Shown: one piece after another, positions 60,101-64,000 of the stretch | Numbering within the stretch: the stretch's first letter is position 1 | Layout: each line of letters starts with the position of its first letter | NCBI GenBank assembly: GCA_965637545.1 | Contig: OZ281497.1 | Span: 25,110,001 to 25,174,000, forward strand | Length of the DNA: 64,000 bases | Source: Phallusia mammillata | Taxonomy: Eukaryota | Direction of reading: 5' to 3' | Position numbers and translations under genes: made by a program | The notes under the pieces: generated by a model | Database searches by the model: none | The model's input: the letters and a program-made list of their open reading frames with translations, nothing else | What the model was told of the DNA's origin: nothing

Positions 60101-63100
60101 ATATTTTTGTTTAGATTCAATTGCGTTTCATGTTATATGTGATGTTATAATTCCAATTTTCATATTTTTTACATTAGTTTGGGACATAGTAGACCGCTTC
60201 TTGTAATTATGCGCAATCCTTCAGAAGATACTGTTTCAATCAAAATAAACGTAATTAACTATCACTAACCTGCTAAGTTTGTGTGAACGAAAAATAGTTA
60301 GTTCCATAATCGCAAGGTGTTGCAAGTGTATTGTAGTGATTAACATAGTTTATAAACATGTATAGCAAAATCCTTTTGTTTAATAATCTTACCATTTTTT
60401 AGCGAATTCTTTCTTGGAAGTTGCGGCATCAAGTCACACCCCCTGCAGATTTGGGACTTGGAAAGGTTGGTAAAAAACATTGTGTTGTTTGTGATTAGTT
60501 CTTTGACGCCCTCGCGTGGTCGTTTATGTGCTTCAATTTTTTTGATATATTTCTAACGCAACGAATTTTATACTTTAAATTTAAGTCACATTGAGCATAC
60601 ACTTTTATGGTAGGTTTGTTTTTGTTTAATCATCAAATATAGGTCAAGGTATTGTGTTAAAAAGTTTTCTTAACCGTTATTTACCGTGTCCATGAATCCA
60701 TGATGCTTTGCATGCATTTTATGTAAAGTCCCAAACGAGGATTGTGTCTGATAAGAGAAAATCCAAAAGTTGTTGCAATTAAGCCTCATGTGAAGTTTTA
60801 TTTAAACTTTAGCCTGAACCCGACCCAAAAAGCCAGGCCCGACTTACACCTATGTCTGTCATACAAAATGTATTTTTTATTCACAATGCCAAGGCTGGTG
60901 GCAAATACATCTCCAAACCTTCAAAAAAATTCGCCTGACATCTGCCCAGTCTGGGCCAATTTCTGTTTGCACCAGGTCCCCCCAAAAAAACAACGCCGTA
61001 GAATCGGCTTTACGGTATCAATGACAGCGGTCATCATTGGTCAGTTCTGTCCATTGTCGCAAATCTGACCGCCAGTCTAGAGTTACTCCTGGGAAACCGC
61101 CAACAATACGTTGAGCCGACGTATCTCTGTGACCTTCGCCTTGCGTTGCGCCGAATGGTCGTGTGATCATAATCTAATCTAATGTTGTTTTATCCCCTTT
61201 GGTTTCTCTCTGTCCTTCGACAAGTCTGCGATTTTGTAACGGAATACTGTATTGTTGTTGCTTGGTTGTTGTGTGCAACAGTTGACATTACAAAGCAAAC
61301 TGTAGGTAAGTGATTTATAAGTTCGTTTGCGCTGTCTTCTGTTCAGACATTTCTTTCTCGATTATCCGATCTATTTGGTTCTATTTGTTTGAAGTGTGAA
61401 CGGTTAAGCAAACAAAAGAATAATCGAATTCACACTTTTCACATCAAAGCGTTTGGAACGACACTTAAAAAGAATTAAATGTTTATTGTAGAGTTGTAGG
61501 TTGGGTCGGGCTTTTCTTGTCAGATTTGGGTTCGGACTCGGATTTGGGAATGACTGCACAATTTCGCCAACTTACGGACCCAATTTAGGCTTTTTCACAT
61601 GCAAATCGGGTTTTAAACAGGTCTCGGGCTTGTCCTTTAGCTCTGGTTTGCTTGAATGTTTGTGTTTTTGGCCGGATAAAGTCCTTTTGAGTGTGGAAGT
61701 GTTCGTAGTTGTCACTGGCAACTGCAAACACAACCACCGTATCAGGGTATCGTTTCTTTTACTACACTGAAACCTAGTTATGGTGCTTAGGGCCTGCTAA
61801 GTGACAACAGAATAACCGCGGAAACACTGCTTGTTTTTTTACTGTCTTTGTTACGTTGTTTCTGTTAGATGCGACTTTTTGTATAGCCTGTTTGTAAGAT
61901 TTTTTTAAAATATCTAAACGTTACGAATGACATCTCATACAGATTAAAAAATCCCAGATACAGCAATATGCAATTAATTCAAACCAAACCAAACCAAACC
62001 AAACTCACATTTTCTATTGCTTGAAATCTGTGTTTTTGTGACAGAGTTGAGAAACGTTATGACCTCGGCTCGGAATTTAAGTTGGGGGCCGGTGCACTCG
62101 ACACCCAATTCCTATCCAAGGATTTGCTCATCACTGCCGGCTACGACACTTATATCAGATTGTGGGACACACGGACGTCACACAGGTAAAATTAAACGCA
62201 GTGCTGTTTATTAAGCTATGGGCGATTACACCCATTACGGACACTGGCATTTTAGGCGGTAATTAGATAGAACAGTTTTTAGTTTTATGAGATCACCTTT
62301 ATGTGACGTCATAGTTTATCAATATGTGACGTCATAGTAAATGAAGCCAATCAGGCTTCTTTTGAGGGGTGGCAATCATAAAAAGGTTAAGAATCACCAA
62401 TTTGAAATAATGCAAATGTCTGTTGTGTGATGCAATTCAGGCAAATACGCAATTTATTAACCCTCTTGAGAAGTGTGTGTGTGTGTTGCGTGACATCTCA
62501 AAGCTTAGTTTGATGGTTTATTTAACACATATTGTATCAGCTTCTAAATGTACTGCTCAAAGCTGTAAGTCGGAAAGGTTTTTTCGGCCGGGTTCGGGCT
62601 TAAAGTTTTAACAAAAAGGACTTGATTTAGGCCTGACTTTCACTTGGTATCATTTGTGTCGCCATTTCATTAACTTGAGTACCTATAATAATTCAGACGT
62701 TTTTTAATAAAATCTGTTTTGTGTATTAGGTCGTTTTTCAATTGTTTCAGAAATGCTTCCTATCGAATTTTGTTTTCCATATTCTTTGATTGAAACTTAT
62801 GTAGTAATATTGGTTTTGTACGTTAGTATTGTTTCAACTATATTTCATAAGTGGCTTGTTTTTTTAGAAATTGCGTCAAGATTTGGGAAGAGCCTCATGA
62901 CAATACAATTTATTGCGTCACAAGTGATGCAAATCATATGATTTTATCGGGTTCATGTCGTCACGGAGTTGTGAGATTGTGGGACATGCGTAAGACAAAA
63001 CCTGTTCAGGTGCGAACAAATTATTCAACTAAATAACTATGGATTAACCTTTATTCCTTATTGGGTTCCATTCTTTCTTCATTATATTTTATAACAGTAG

Positions 63101-63739
63101 GTTTTGGTTTTGACTTTGCACTGAAAGACTGAGGACACCGGTTTGGGAACCGCCGTTTTTTTGCCTTTTTTGGGGGGGACAAATCTCGATCAAGGTTGTT
63201 TATGTCTGTACATTCGGCCAAGTTTCTGCCCTTTTCTACTTTCTAGAATTTTCTAACGTGGCTCTACATGATCTCTAGCGCCAACGCGTGGAACTTTTTT
63301 TGTGTATAAAATAAAGTTGCTTTCCATTTGTTTTTACCTCAGCGGCCACTTTGCCTTGTTTTACTTTTAAAAACATAAATTCATCAGTTGTATTTTATGA
63401 CCCAAGTTTGGATTGCCATACTAATTTTCAAAAACAGCAGGATTGCCCAGAGTGGCGCAATGTGGAGGGAGGGATCATACTTTTTCGGGGATCCTAGAAT
63501 GTTGTGAATTCATAGAAGTTGGTTAAAAACACCAATTCTATCGATACCCTTTTGTGTTTTACAATTCTGTGCAGTATGCAATAATCTTTAACTTTACTAA
63601 AAATGTCTGTTTCAATTCTTTGCAGACATTCTACTTTGGTTCACGTCGTGTTAGCAGCCCCGTATATTCACTCCAGTTCACACGGACTCACTTATTTGCT
63701 GCCCTGGCCCGCGGACTGCACTGTGTGGAGTTCACGTGA
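51121..63739 (+). CDS. FBXW4: F-box/WD repeat protein 4 (dactylin), 9 coding exons, ~388 aa
   Basis: Exons 51121-51299, 51724-51810, 51993-52202, 52517-52649, 53166-53263, 60403-60465, 62045-62185, 62868-63009, 63626-63739; 1167 nt, open. It has an F-box (LPDDLWISVFHWLD) plus FBXW4-specific strings FMPWTQL, PLQIWDL, GAGALD...AGYDTYIRLWD.R, WEEPHDNTIYC...GVVRLWD, SSPVYSL..T..HLFAAL. Confidence 0.93.
55302..55475 (+). mobile_element. tRNA-derived SINE, copy 2
   Basis: A box (TGGCCCAATTGG) and B box (GGTTCGAATC) in a tRNA-like head, followed by a non-tRNA body shared with 11451-11620. Confidence 0.75.
60803..60850 (-). repeat. Family E repeat fragment
   Basis: aaactttagcctgaacccgacccaaaaagccaggcccgacttac is the reverse complement of the 63903 copy's end. 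Confidence 0.6.
61491..61670 (+). repeat. Family E repeat (degenerate)
   Basis: agagttgtaggttgggtcgggctttt...gggttcggactcgg. Confidence 0.45.
61981..62003. repeat. (AAACC)n microsatellite
   Basis: aaaccaaaccaaaccaaaccaaa. Confidence 0.85.
62558..62637 (+). repeat. Family E repeat fragment
   Basis: tgtaagtcgg...cggccgggttcgggcttaaagttt...ttaggcctga. Confidence 0.6.
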
Positions 63740-63902
63740 CCGTCTAAACGTGCCCACCCGTGAATTCCGTGACGTACATCGTCAGGTTCTGGAAAAGAAA
63801 GAATCTTGTGCGTTTTGTCAATCACGATGAGAATGAATGTAAGCATTGACCACTAAACGATTCCGATTTTTACTTTTCTAAATCCTCAACTTAGCTTCCA
63901 GT

Positions 63903-64000
63903 GCAGAGTTTTAAGTCGGGCCTGCTGGATTTTTTGGTCGGGTTCGGGTTTTAGTTTCAATGAACAGACTTGGTTTGGGCCTGATTTCCCACTCAGGATT
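63903..64000 (+). repeat. Family E repeat, runs off the window end
   Basis: cagagttttaagtcgggcc...ggtcgggttcgggttttagttt...gggcctgatt. Confidence 0.6.

Noticed and set aside
61692-61746. ORF segment VEVFVVVTGNCKHNHRIR resembling FBXW4 exon 6
   Set aside because: It has a weak GAG acceptor and the wrong exit phase. Segment 60403-60465 (PEFFLGSCGIKSHPLQIWDLER) fits both the homology and the phases.
1-64000. CRISPR arrays, prokaryotic defence or operon systems, autonomous transposase or RT genes
   Set aside because: There are no regularly spaced repeats and no long uninterrupted ORFs other than FGF exon 4. The DNA is clearly eukaryotic.

Overview
Eukaryotic, AT-rich, intron-containing genomic DNA from an invertebrate chordate. 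An ascidian/tunicate is most likely, inferred from the compact introns, abundant ATTGTGACGTCAT motifs and one FGF8/17/18-type gene with a long tail. No prokaryotic systems or CRISPR arrays are present. I assembled four spliced genes by hand, all on the + strand: an inositol hexakisphosphate kinase (4677-7251, 6 exons, one U12-type intron), a nucleophosmin/nucleoplasmin with an NPM1-like C-terminal domain (7829-18826, 11 exons), FGF8/17/18 (27671-44687, 4 coding exons) and FBXW4/dactylin (51121-63739, 9 exons). The NPM > FGF8/17/18 > FBXW4 order and orientation match the vertebrate NPM3-FGF8-FBXW4 block. The best leads are a probably membrane-anchored (type II signal-anchor) FGF8/17/18 with a ~220-aa polybasic tail, a cryptic alternative last exon in NPM, the minor-spliceosome intron, and an expanded FBXW4 intron 5. 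Non-coding DNA carries many hAT-type MITEs with 8-bp target site duplications (TSDs) and a tRNA-derived SINE. All gene models are manual, with no database searches run.
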